Part shown: one piece after another, positions 1 to 6,027 of the stretch
Layout of the letters: each line of letters starts with the position of its first letter
Position numbering within the stretch: position 1 is the first letter of the stretch
Origin: Patescibacteria group bacterium
GTDB lineage: Bacteria > Patescibacteriota > Microgenomatia > CAYGWK01
Reading direction: 5' to 3'
Length of the DNA stretch: 25,935 bases
NCBI GenBank assembly: GCA_049322615.1
Contig: JBMORX010000004.1
Coordinates: 1 to 25,935, forward strand
The notes under the pieces: generated by a model
Databases searched by the model: none
What the model saw: the letters and a program-made list of their open reading frames with translations, nothing else
What the model was told of the DNA's origin: nothing
Made by a program: the position numbers and the translations under genes

Positions 1-1
1 A

Positions 2-118
2 GACAATTGGGTGGTATACTATAATCAGGTGAGACCACACCAAGCTCTTGGCTATTTAACACCTTACCAGTATTATCAAAAAGATATGAGAAAGGAGGAT
101 TGTCTCAAAAGTATGTAA
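2..118 (+). CDS. 3' end of a DDE (rve/integrase-core type) transposase, truncated by the window edge
   Basis: Frame 2 reads DNWVVYYNQVRPHQALGYLTPYQYYQKDMRKEDCLKSM*. The YN-x-x-RPH-x-x-LGY-x-TP block is the typical C-terminal signature of IS3/IS481-type rve transposases. Stop TAA is at 116-118. Confidence 0.6.
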   Translation, partial: DNWVVYYNQVRPHQALGYLTPYQYYQKDMRKEDCLKSM

Positions 119-131
119 CCAGAACAACATC

Positions 132-160
132 TTGACATCGTGGTTTAAATAGTGTAAATT
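132..160 (+). promoter_or_regulatory. sigma70-like promoter TTGACA-17 nt-TAAATT
   Basis: TTGACA at 132-137, a 17-nt spacer, TAAATT at 155-160. It lies just upstream of the DUF2292-like ORF. Confidence 0.35.
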
Positions 161-203
161 GCCTCTTATCATCTGCTCATCTGCCTTCAAGATGAGTTTT
201 AAA

Positions 204-371
204 ATGGCTAAGAAATCCAAAATTAAAGCCAATCCCTTAATTGATGACGTTCTTCGGGCTTTAAATGAACTCGGCGGTTGGGGAAGCGTGGAAATTTATG
301 TCCAGAATAGCAAGGTAACCCAGATAACAAAAAGAGCCATTAAGAAAACCAATCATCGTTTAAATTTGTGA
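204..371 (+). CDS. DUF2292/YezD-like small protein (start uncertain: ATG 192 or 204; the ORF track starts at TTG 159)
   Basis: ...LNELGGWGSVEIYVQNSKVTQITKRAIKKT resembles the YezD/DUF2292 core (GSV-x-I-x-VQdGKV-x-QI-x-x-x-E-x-K). Recognised from memory, no search run. Confidence 0.5.
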   Translation: MAKKSKIKANPLIDDVLRALNELGGWGSVEIYVQNSKVTQITKRAIKKTNHRLNL

Positions 372-383
372 AAATTGGGTCTT

Positions 384-473
384 CCCTCCTGACCTTACCG
401 TTCGAACCCGTCAAACGGGTCTCACGGAGCGGTCTTAGGAGGGTGCGGGGCAATTAGTTTACATAATTGCCCC
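384..473. other. two consecutive stem-loops directly after the DUF2292-like stop
   Basis: Hairpin 1 (384-443): CCCTCCT/AGGAGGG + GACC/GGTC + CCGT/ACGG + ACCCG/CGGGT, apical loop TCAAA. Hairpin 2: GGGGCAATT (447-455) / AATTGCCCC (465-473). No T-run follows either. Confidence 0.5.
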
Positions 474-600
474 TTGACAAACACCCTTAAATATTATAGT
501 CTGGTTTTGTAAATCTCAATAAAAGTCTTATAGCAAAAATATTATAAGACTGCTGACCGCTAACGGAAGCACCCTTCGATAAACTCAGGGTGCCTTTTTA
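474..600 (+). ncRNA. candidate small RNA or long 3' UTR segment ending at an intrinsic terminator
   Basis: TTGACA at 474-479 with only a mediocre -10 (TATAGT 495-500, 15-nt spacer). Internal 9-bp hairpin AGTCTTATA (524-532) / TATAAGACT (543-551). Terminator at 569-600. No credible ORF. Confidence 0.3.
569..600 (+). terminator. rho-independent terminator
   Basis: GCACCCT (569-575) / AGGGTGC (587-593), 11-nt loop, then CTTTTTA. Confidence 0.6.
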
Positions 601-692
601 AATTTAATATGAGGGTAGGCCCTTCGACATATCTCAGGGCAAGCAATATGGAGAAGGTAAATCATTATACAAATCAGATTTTGGAAATCATT

Positions 693-727
693 AACCAGCC
701 AATGTGGATAACTAGGCTGGTTTTTTG
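693..727 (+). terminator. rho-independent terminator
   Basis: AACCAGCC (693-700) / GGCTGGTT (715-722), 14-nt loop. T6 run at 721-726. Confidence 0.55.
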
Positions 728-732
728 TCCCA

Positions 733-816
733 CTTCGCCTTTCGGCTTCGCGGGACAATCCCGCCGAAGCCTCTTGCCGTCGCGAAGCCTCGCTATGGCG
801 AAGCGCGGTGGCGAAG
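733..816. repeat. GC-rich nested inverted repeat (palindromic element)
   Basis: CTTCGCC (733-739) pairs with GGCGAAG (797-803). GGCTTCGCG (744-752) pairs with CGCGAAGCC (781-789). An extra GGCGAAG sits at 810-816. It contains CCCGCCGAAGCCT (760-772), which recurs at 1533-1545. Confidence 0.6.
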
Positions 817-950
817 GCGGATGAGTTGAAAATTACTTTTAATTAGAATTACCGCCTAGTTAAGGCTTTGGCGAGATAAAAGGAGGCTTGCCCCTCTGAA
901 GCTCGCCGACGCCGAGGGCTATGGCGAGCGAAAGGGGGTGAAAAATAAAT

Positions 951-1476
951 ATGTTGAAGAAAGTTGCTGCTTTAGCAGGCGCAGGCGCGTTGCTTTTGGG
1001 CATGGTTGTTCCAGTTCTTGCCCAGGATGGTTTGGATTTGGCCTGGGTTGAGAATAGTGCTGTAGCTATCAGTGAGACTGGCGGTAGGGAATTATGCTAC
1101 CGCTGATGGGTGGTATAACGGCGCCAATGCCGGTAGCGGAAGTGGTGACCGCTGGATGTCAACCGGCGGTGCCAGTTCTTACGCCGGAGCTTTGGTGGTG
1201 GCTAACACCCACATTGGTTGCGGATATTGTGATTATGATTATTTCTTCCATTGGGACGACGCTTATGTTGATAACTCCGCCGGGGCTATGAGTGATACTG
1301 GTGGAAATAGTCAGAGTAATTCAGCTTTGGCAGAGGGATGGTACAACAGCGCTAATGCCGGCAGTGGCAGCGGTGATCGCAGTATGAGCACCGGTCCTGC
1401 CAGCTCCACGGCTCGTGCCTGGGTAATTGTGAACACTCACTGGACCGGAGGTTACGGGTATCCAGTTGGTGATTAA
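951..1476 (+). pseudogene. secreted two-repeat protein (paralog of the surface-protein repeat module) split by a +1 frameshift near 1086
   Basis: SD GGGGGTG lies 8-9 nt before ATG 951. Signal peptide MLKKVAALAGAGALLLGMVVPVLAQDG, then ...VENSAVAISETGG, ends at TGA 1104-1106. The sequence continues in frame +1 (ORF 1072-1476) as GNYATADGWYNGANAGSGSGDRWMSTGGASS... The second repeat, VDNSAGAMSDTGGNSQSNSALAEGWYNSANAGSGSGDRSMSTGPASS, shows the two frames are one repeat unit. Confidence 0.6.
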
Positions 1477-1487
1477 CGTGGGTGAAA

Positions 1488-1507
1488 CATTGACTAACTA
1501 GTCAATG
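1488..1507. repeat. 20-nt perfect palindrome CATTGACTA-AC-TAGTCAATG
   Basis: Read directly from the sequence; 9-bp arms. Confidence 0.7.
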
Positions 1508-1529
1508 GTTAGAAAGGCTTTCGAAGATG

Positions 1530-1561
1530 GGGCCCGCCGAAGCCTAGGCGGAGGCGGGCCC
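1530..1561. repeat. GC-rich hairpin element
   Basis: GGGCCCGCC (1530-1538) / GGCGGGCCC (1553-1561). Shares CCCGCCGAAGCCT with 760-772. Confidence 0.6.
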
Positions 1562-1573
1562 AGAAAGCCAAGA

Positions 1574-1618
1574 GAAATAAACAAATTTCAAATAAACAAA
1601 TAAACAAATTGCAAATGA
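1574..1618 (+). repeat. six tandem 7-8-nt (C/G)AAAT-initiated units running into the surface-gene start codon
   Basis: GAAATAAA | CAAATTT | CAAATAAA | CAAATAAA | CAAATTG | CAAATGA. The ATG at 1615 lies inside the last unit. Confidence 0.7.
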
Positions 1619-4362
1619 TAAATAAAAAATTATTTGGAAAAATTTTAAGCCTGATTTTGGTTTTCCAGTTATTGGTTAACCCTGCTTTAGTCAGGGTGGT
1701 TTTTGCTGAAGAAATAGTTGAGCCAACTCCTACGCCTGAATCTACAATCACCACCGGCGACCCTTCGGCAAGCTCAGGGCAAGCTGCTCAATCATCAATT
1801 GAGACTGGCAATGCCTCTTCTGAAGCCTCGGTCCAGACTACCGCTAATACCAATCAAGACACCCTTCCTGGAGAAATTACCACCCCTCCTGGAGATTGCA
1901 CGCCCCCAGAGGGAGAAACTTCTTGTCCAACTGATGTCACCATTTCTAATGATAATTCTGCCCAAGTTTCCGATTCCACTGGCTCAACGGCAACAACCGG
2001 AGAAAATCAAATCACTGGTTCTTCTGGAGACACGACCATCTCAACCGGCGACGCCACCGCTTCGGGAACGATTGAAAATGAGATTAACTCAAACACGGTT
2101 ATCCTTGAACCCAGCCCAACCCCCTCCATTGAACCCGAAGCTCTGACCGCGTCTGACGCGGTCACGGTTACAGTTGAGAATAATAATGAGGGAACAGTTC
2201 AAAATGAGGCTAATATTAACGCCTCAACCGGAGAAAATTTAGCCAGTGAAAATCTTGGTGACGCTCAAATTGAAACCGGTGATGCCCTGGCTTTGGCAAA
2301 TCTTTTAACTCTTTTAAACACCAACATTTTAGGTTCTAATTTTGAAGTTCTTTTACTTAATCTTTTGGATGGAGAAACTGGAGATGGTTCGACAAGCTCA
2401 CCACAAGATATCGACTTGAATGAACTTTGGAAGAAACTTCAGGAACTTCAGGGTTCGAATTCTTTGGTTTTGGCTGGCGAGATATCAGGTTTACAGATTT
2501 TAGTCCAAAACCAAAATCAGGCGGATTTAGAAAATAATGTTAATGTTTCGGCTGGGACCGGAGAAAATCAGGCGAATGAAAATAACAACGCCGGGATCGA
2601 GACTGGTGATGCTACCGCTTTGGCAAATGTTACTAACGTAGTCAATACCAATATTTTAGGTTCAAATTTCTTTTTTGGCGTCATTAATATTTTGGATGCA
2701 GATGGGAATTTGATTTTACCCCGACCGGAAAGATTTGGTTCGACAAGCTCACCACAGGGTGCTTCTGGGCAGACCTCAGCGGTGTTTGAAAATGACAACC
2801 AGGCAGAAATTACCGATCAAGTTGGGGCTTTGGCAGAAACTGGAGCAAATGAGGAAAACGGAAATGGGGGTGACAACTTAATAGTCACTGGCAATGCCAT
2901 TGCCCACGCCAACAGTTTTTCTTTGGTTAACTTAAATATTTTCCGCAATAATTGGTTTTTCTTAATTATAAATAATTTAGGCAATTGGCAAGGGAAAATT
3001 TTTGGCTGGTCAGCCCCCGAGGCAGTGGAGGAACCAAGTGTTGGTAGTCAAGTCTATCAATTAGGACTTAACCCGGAGAGTCAAACTGGGGAAAATGGAG
3101 TTGAATCAGAGAATTTTTCTACTCCTTTAAGTTTTCAAAATCAAAATCAAGCCAGGGTGAGAAATAATATTCAAACCTCTGCCTCAACTGGAGAAAACCA
3201 GGCAAGCCAAAATCAAGGTAATGCCTCAATTCAAACTGGCAATGCCCGGTCTTTGGCAAATCTTTTTAATTTGGTTAATTTAAATATTTTAGGCGGAAGG
3301 TTCTTTATGGGGATAGTTAATATTTTAGGCGATTGGTCAGGCTCAACCATTTTTGCTTATCCGGATGTGGCGGTAGGACTTTCGGCCGAGACTAGTCAGG
3401 TGACTCCTGGAGAAACTCTTCAGTACATTTTAAGTTATAAAAATCTGGGATACGATGAAGCCCAAGGTGTCAGGCTTGGTTTGGAGTTACCCGAAGGCTT
3501 AAGTTATCTGAGCGATACGAGTGGGTTGAGCGCGGTGGTTTCTGGGCAAAACCTTTCTTGGAGCTTGGGGCAGCTGGGAGCGGGTAAAGAGGGGAGTTTT
3601 ACCATTATGGTTAAAGTTAACTCTGATTTTAGCTTTGAGGAGCCAGTCTCTTGGCTTTCAAAATTTATCCCCAAAGCCTATGCGGCCGAAAATGAAAAAG
3701 AAAAAAGTGTGGTCGTTAATGTTCAGATTAGCACTTCGGATCCTGAGTCAAACAGCAGTAATAATTCCTCCTCAACGACAACCATGGTTTATCTTCCTCA
3801 TCAAGAAGGGGGTGTGGACCCCCGCCAGCCGGTTTTGGAGATTTCTGCTTGGAATAATGTCAATGAGTTTGTTTATCCTGGAGATACGGTCACTTTTGAA
3901 ATTACCGTTAAAAACACAAGTGATGTTTCCTCCTATAATACTCGGTTAATCCAAAGACTCTATAATGGTGTGCCCGAGGATTTTGGTACGGCTGAATTTG
4001 ATTTAGGAACAATTGAGCCAGGGAAGGGCGGAAAACTTTCTTTTGGCTTAAAATTAGCTGATGATGGTTTACTTCCTGCCGGTCCTTATTACACCATTGC
4101 CCAAGCTTTTGGCAATGCTCCAAATGGAAACGAGGTTTCTTCAAATGAATCAAGAACTAATTTTGAGATAAAAGTTAAAAATATTTCCTCTTTGCTACCT
4201 GAAGCCAAGGCGGTTGAGGCAAAAGAAGGAGTCTTAGGTAGCGGGACGGCTGCCAGTTGTCCAAAAACTGAAGATATCCTCCCTTACGTTTTGCTTTTGC
4301 TTTTATCATCAGGTTATATTATTTCCTGGGCAAAACCAAGACTGAAGAAGGGAGTGAAATAA
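1615..4362 (+). CDS. large secreted cell-surface protein: signal peptide, five ~55-aa degenerate repeats, two DUF11/CARDB-like Ig-fold segments, C-terminal TM helix plus basic tail
   Basis: Signal peptide MINKKLFGKILSLILVFQLLVNPALVRVVFA. Repeats of the type VQNQNQADLENNVNVSAGTGENQANENNNAGIETGDATALANVTNVVNTNILGSNFFF. TPGETLQYILSYKNLG...GSFTIMVKV and YPGDTVTFEITVKNTS...GKLSFGLKL resemble DUF11. C-terminus is ...LPYVLLLLLSSGYIISWAKPRLKKGVK. ATG 1615 is preferred over the track's TTG 1609. Confidence 0.9.
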   Translation: MINKKLFGKILSLILVFQLLVNPALVRVVFAEEIVEPTPTPESTITTGDPSASSGQAAQSSIETGNASSEASVQTTANTNQDTLPGEITTPPGDCTPPEGETSCPTDVTISNDNSAQVSDSTGSTATTGENQITGSSGDTTISTGDATASGTIENEINSNTVILEPSPTPSIEPEALTASDAVTVTVENNNEGTVQNEANINASTGENLASENLGDAQIETGDALALANLLTLLNTNILGSNFEVLLLNLLDGETGDGSTSSPQDIDLNELWKKLQELQGSNSLVLAGEISGLQILVQNQNQADLENNVNVSAGTGENQANENNNAGIETGDATALANVTNVVNTNILGSNFFFGVINILDADGNLILPRPERFGSTSSPQGASGQTSAVFENDNQAEITDQVGALAETGANEENGNGGDNLIVTGNAIAHANSFSLVNLNIFRNNWFFLIINNLGNWQGKIFGWSAPEAVEEPSVGSQVYQLGLNPESQTGENGVESENFSTPLSFQNQNQARVRNNIQTSASTGENQASQNQGNASIQTGNARSLANLFNLVNLNILGGRFFMGIVNILGDWSGSTIFAYPDVAVGLSAETSQVTPGETLQYILSYKNLGYDEAQGVRLGLELPEGLSYLSDTSGLSAVVSGQNLSWSLGQLGAGKEGSFTIMVKVNSDFSFEEPVSWLSKFIPKAYAAENEKEKSVVVNVQISTSDPESNSSNNSSSTTTMVYLPHQEGGVDPRQPVLEISAWNNVNEFVYPGDTVTFEITVKNTSDVSSYNTRLIQRLYNGVPEDFGTAEFDLGTIEPGKGGKLSFGLKLADDGLLPAGPYYTIAQAFGNAPNGNEVSSNESRTNFEIKVKNISSLLPEAKAVEAKEGVLGSGTAASCPKTEDILPYVLLLLLSSGYIISWAKPRLKKGVK

Positions 4363-5186
4363 TGATAACGAGAAAAAGATTAGGACAGTTATCAGAAATA
4401 ATAATTTTGCTTTTTGCCATTTCTGTTTGGCTTTTTTCTCTTTACAAAGTTCTTTCCTATGTGGCTTCTTTGAATTTTAAAATATTTGGGATTTCTTTTG
4501 AGCAAAACTTTCTTTGGGAATATCCATTTCCTAAAAACCCGCCTCTTCCCCCAGAACCACCTCCACCTCCTTGTCCGCCACCGCCATGTGTCAGTCCAAC
4601 ACCGACTCCGACGCCTCCGGAGCTAAGTCCCACTCCTGCACAACCAACACCGACACCAACGATTCCATTTCAACCTACTCCGACACCCACGACACCACCG
4701 CCAGTGGGAGGCGAGGGTGGAGTTGGCGGACCAGCTGGTCCACCGGTTTGCGGTGCCCAGACTCCACAGGCACCAAACCTTAAAAGCGTCACCTCGGTGG
4801 GAGCAGGAGAGGTTGAGCTTATTTGGGACCCGGTTGAACCAGCGACTCACTACAGCATAAGTTATGGTCCCTCTTCAGGAAATTATCTTTATGGAGTAGA
4901 TAATGTTGGCAAAGTCACTTCTTTTAAAGTGGGAGGGTTAGGAAGTGGGAGATACTGTTTTACCGTCCGGGCGGTTAATGACTGTGCTCCGGGAGAACTT
5001 TCTAATGAAAGATGTACTGGCGAGGTTTTGGGCAAAGTTTTGGGAGTTTCTACTTTGGGAGTAACTGGGAGCTTTACTGAGACACTTTTGCAGATTTTGT
5101 TTATAATTGGGAGTATATGCCTCGGCACAGGAATAAAACTTTTTCCCGCCTCGCCGCAAGGCGGGCCCGCCAAAAGGCGAGTTTAA
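4362..5186 (+). CDS. membrane-anchored Pro/Thr-rich linker plus fibronectin type III domain protein with C-terminal TM helix and basic tail
   Basis: SD GGGAGTG upstream; start overlaps the previous stop (TAATG). N-terminal TM, then PPLPPEPPPPPCPPPPCVSPTPTPTPPELSPTPAQPTPTPT... FN3-like APNLKSVTSVGAGEVELIWDPVEPATHYSISYG...RYCFTVRAVN. Tail is LGVTGSFTETLLQILFIIGSICLGTGIKLFPASPQGGPAKRRV. Confidence 0.85.
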   Translation: MITRKRLGQLSEIIILLFAISVWLFSLYKVLSYVASLNFKIFGISFEQNFLWEYPFPKNPPLPPEPPPPPCPPPPCVSPTPTPTPPELSPTPAQPTPTPTIPFQPTPTPTTPPPVGGEGGVGGPAGPPVCGAQTPQAPNLKSVTSVGAGEVELIWDPVEPATHYSISYGPSSGNYLYGVDNVGKVTSFKVGGLGSGRYCFTVRAVNDCAPGELSNERCTGEVLGKVLGVSTLGVTGSFTETLLQILFIIGSICLGTGIKLFPASPQGGPAKRRV

Positions 5187-5704
5187 TTTTAATTTTCTTT
5201 GGTGTTATCTGCTTCGGAGTAATTTTCTCTCTCCGGGCTTATCAAGAAGCGAGACAAAAAATCCTTTCTTTCTCTGAAGTTCCAAAATTGGCAGAAGAAG
5301 CGCCAGAGGAGCTTTTTCCAACCCAAATCTTAATTCCCAAGGTAAGAATTAATCTTTCGGTTTTTCCCTCAAAAGCCAGTGGCGTGTCTTGGGAAATTTC
5401 CGAAAAAGGTGCTTCCTACCTCCTTGGGTCAGGGATTCCCGGAAGGATTGGAAATGTCATAATCTATGGTCATAATAAAAGAAATCTTTTTGGTCCGATA
5501 AGGTGGCTTAAGCAGCAGGATGAAATAAAAGTCGTCAACAAAAAAGGAGAGGAATTTATCTATAAGATTAGGGAAACAAAAATAGTTTCTCCAAACGAAG
5601 TTTCGGTTTTGGCTCCTACCGAAGAACCAACTCTAACTCTATATACCTGTACCGGTTTTATGGATAGCCAGCGTTTTGTTGTTATCGCCAAGCCTTCTTC
5701 TTGA
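5117..5704 (+). CDS. sortase family transpeptidase
   Basis: N-terminal TM (LILIFFGVICFGVIFSL). Catalytic His in NVIIYGHN, Cys in TLTLYTCTG (TLxTC motif), Arg in SQRFVV. SD GGGAG lies 4 nt upstream. Overlaps the previous gene by 70 nt. Confidence 0.9.
   Translation: MPRHRNKTFSRLAARRARQKASLILIFFGVICFGVIFSLRAYQEARQKILSFSEVPKLAEEAPEELFPTQILIPKVRINLSVFPSKASGVSWEISEKGASYLLGSGIPGRIGNVIIYGHNKRNLFGPIRWLKQQDEIKVVNKKGEEFIYKIRETKIVSPNEVSVLAPTEEPTLTLYTCTGFMDSQRFVVIAKPSS
5141..5181. repeat. GC-rich palindromic element inside the FN3/sortase coding overlap
   Basis: CCCGCC (5145-5150) / GGCGGG (5160-5165). 12-nt perfect palindrome GGCGGGCCCGCC (5160-5171). CTCGCC (5150-5155) / GGCGAG (5176-5181). Confidence 0.7.
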
Positions 5705-5992
5705 GTTATCTTCCTGGGCATGATTATAATCAGGGGGTTGGAACGGAAGTTGTGAGGTTGTTTTTTCACCCTGAGTTTTTTTATATATTGGAGACTGAAT
5801 AACATAACCTTTACTGTCAAGATAAGTCTTGATATGGGGAAAACCCAGCCACAAAAATATTAGTAAGAAAATAAATGCAAGAATAGTTAAAACTCTTTTT
5901 GCTGTTTTACGTGGAGTTCTGCCAGTAATTTTTTGATAAAATGGATTCGCACAGACATCGTAGGTCCGACCTGCTTTCTTAGATATCAACAC
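5639..5992 (-). CDS. doubtful small single-TM hypothetical protein (GTG start)
   Basis: 117-aa ORF with a plausible TM (RVLTILAFIFLLIFLWLGFP). It has a GTG start, no SD, a 66-nt antisense overlap with the sortase 3' end, and a plus-strand terminator-like hairpin inside it. Confidence 0.25.
   Translation of the reverse strand: MLISKKAGRTYDVCANPFYQKITGRTPRKTAKRVLTILAFIFLLIFLWLGFPHIKTYLDSKGYVIQSPIYKKTQGEKTTSQLPFQPPDYNHAQEDNSRRRLGDNNKTLAIHKTGTGI
5730..5782 (+). terminator. possible terminator of the sortase operon (large-loop hairpin plus T7)
   Basis: TCAGGG (5730-5735) / CCCTGA (5769-5774), then G + T7 (5776-5782). The loop is long, so this is weak. Confidence 0.35.
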
Positions 5993-6020
5993 TTGACATT
6001 AAGTGTTAAATCTGTACAAT
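5993..6020 (+). promoter_or_regulatory. near-consensus sigma70 promoter TTGACA-16 nt-TACAAT
   Basis: TTGACA 5993-5998, TACAAT 6015-6020. No plus-strand ORF follows. Confidence 0.5.
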
Positions 6021-6027
6021 ATACTTA

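Noticed and set aside
398-412. A tRNA-like T-loop string (CCGTTCGAACCCG) suggested a tRNA or tRNA fragment.
   Set aside because: The flanks do not form a T-stem (ACCG versus CCGT are not complementary). No acceptor, D or anticodon arms can be drawn. The segment is part of a single long hairpin (384-443).
609-824. 71-aa ORF from the track (MRVGPSTYLRASN...SPFGFAGQSRRSLLPSRSLAMAKRGGEGG).
   Set aside because: It reads through an intrinsic terminator (693-727) and then translates the GC-rich inverted repeat into low-complexity Arg/Ser/Gly/Ala sequence. It has no SD. It is most likely a repeat-element artefact.
1108-1440. The two internal repeats of the frameshifted secreted protein considered as a DGR VR/TR pair.
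   Set aside because: The nucleotide differences between the two copies involve all four bases, with many synonymous changes. This is ordinary divergence of a tandem protein repeat.
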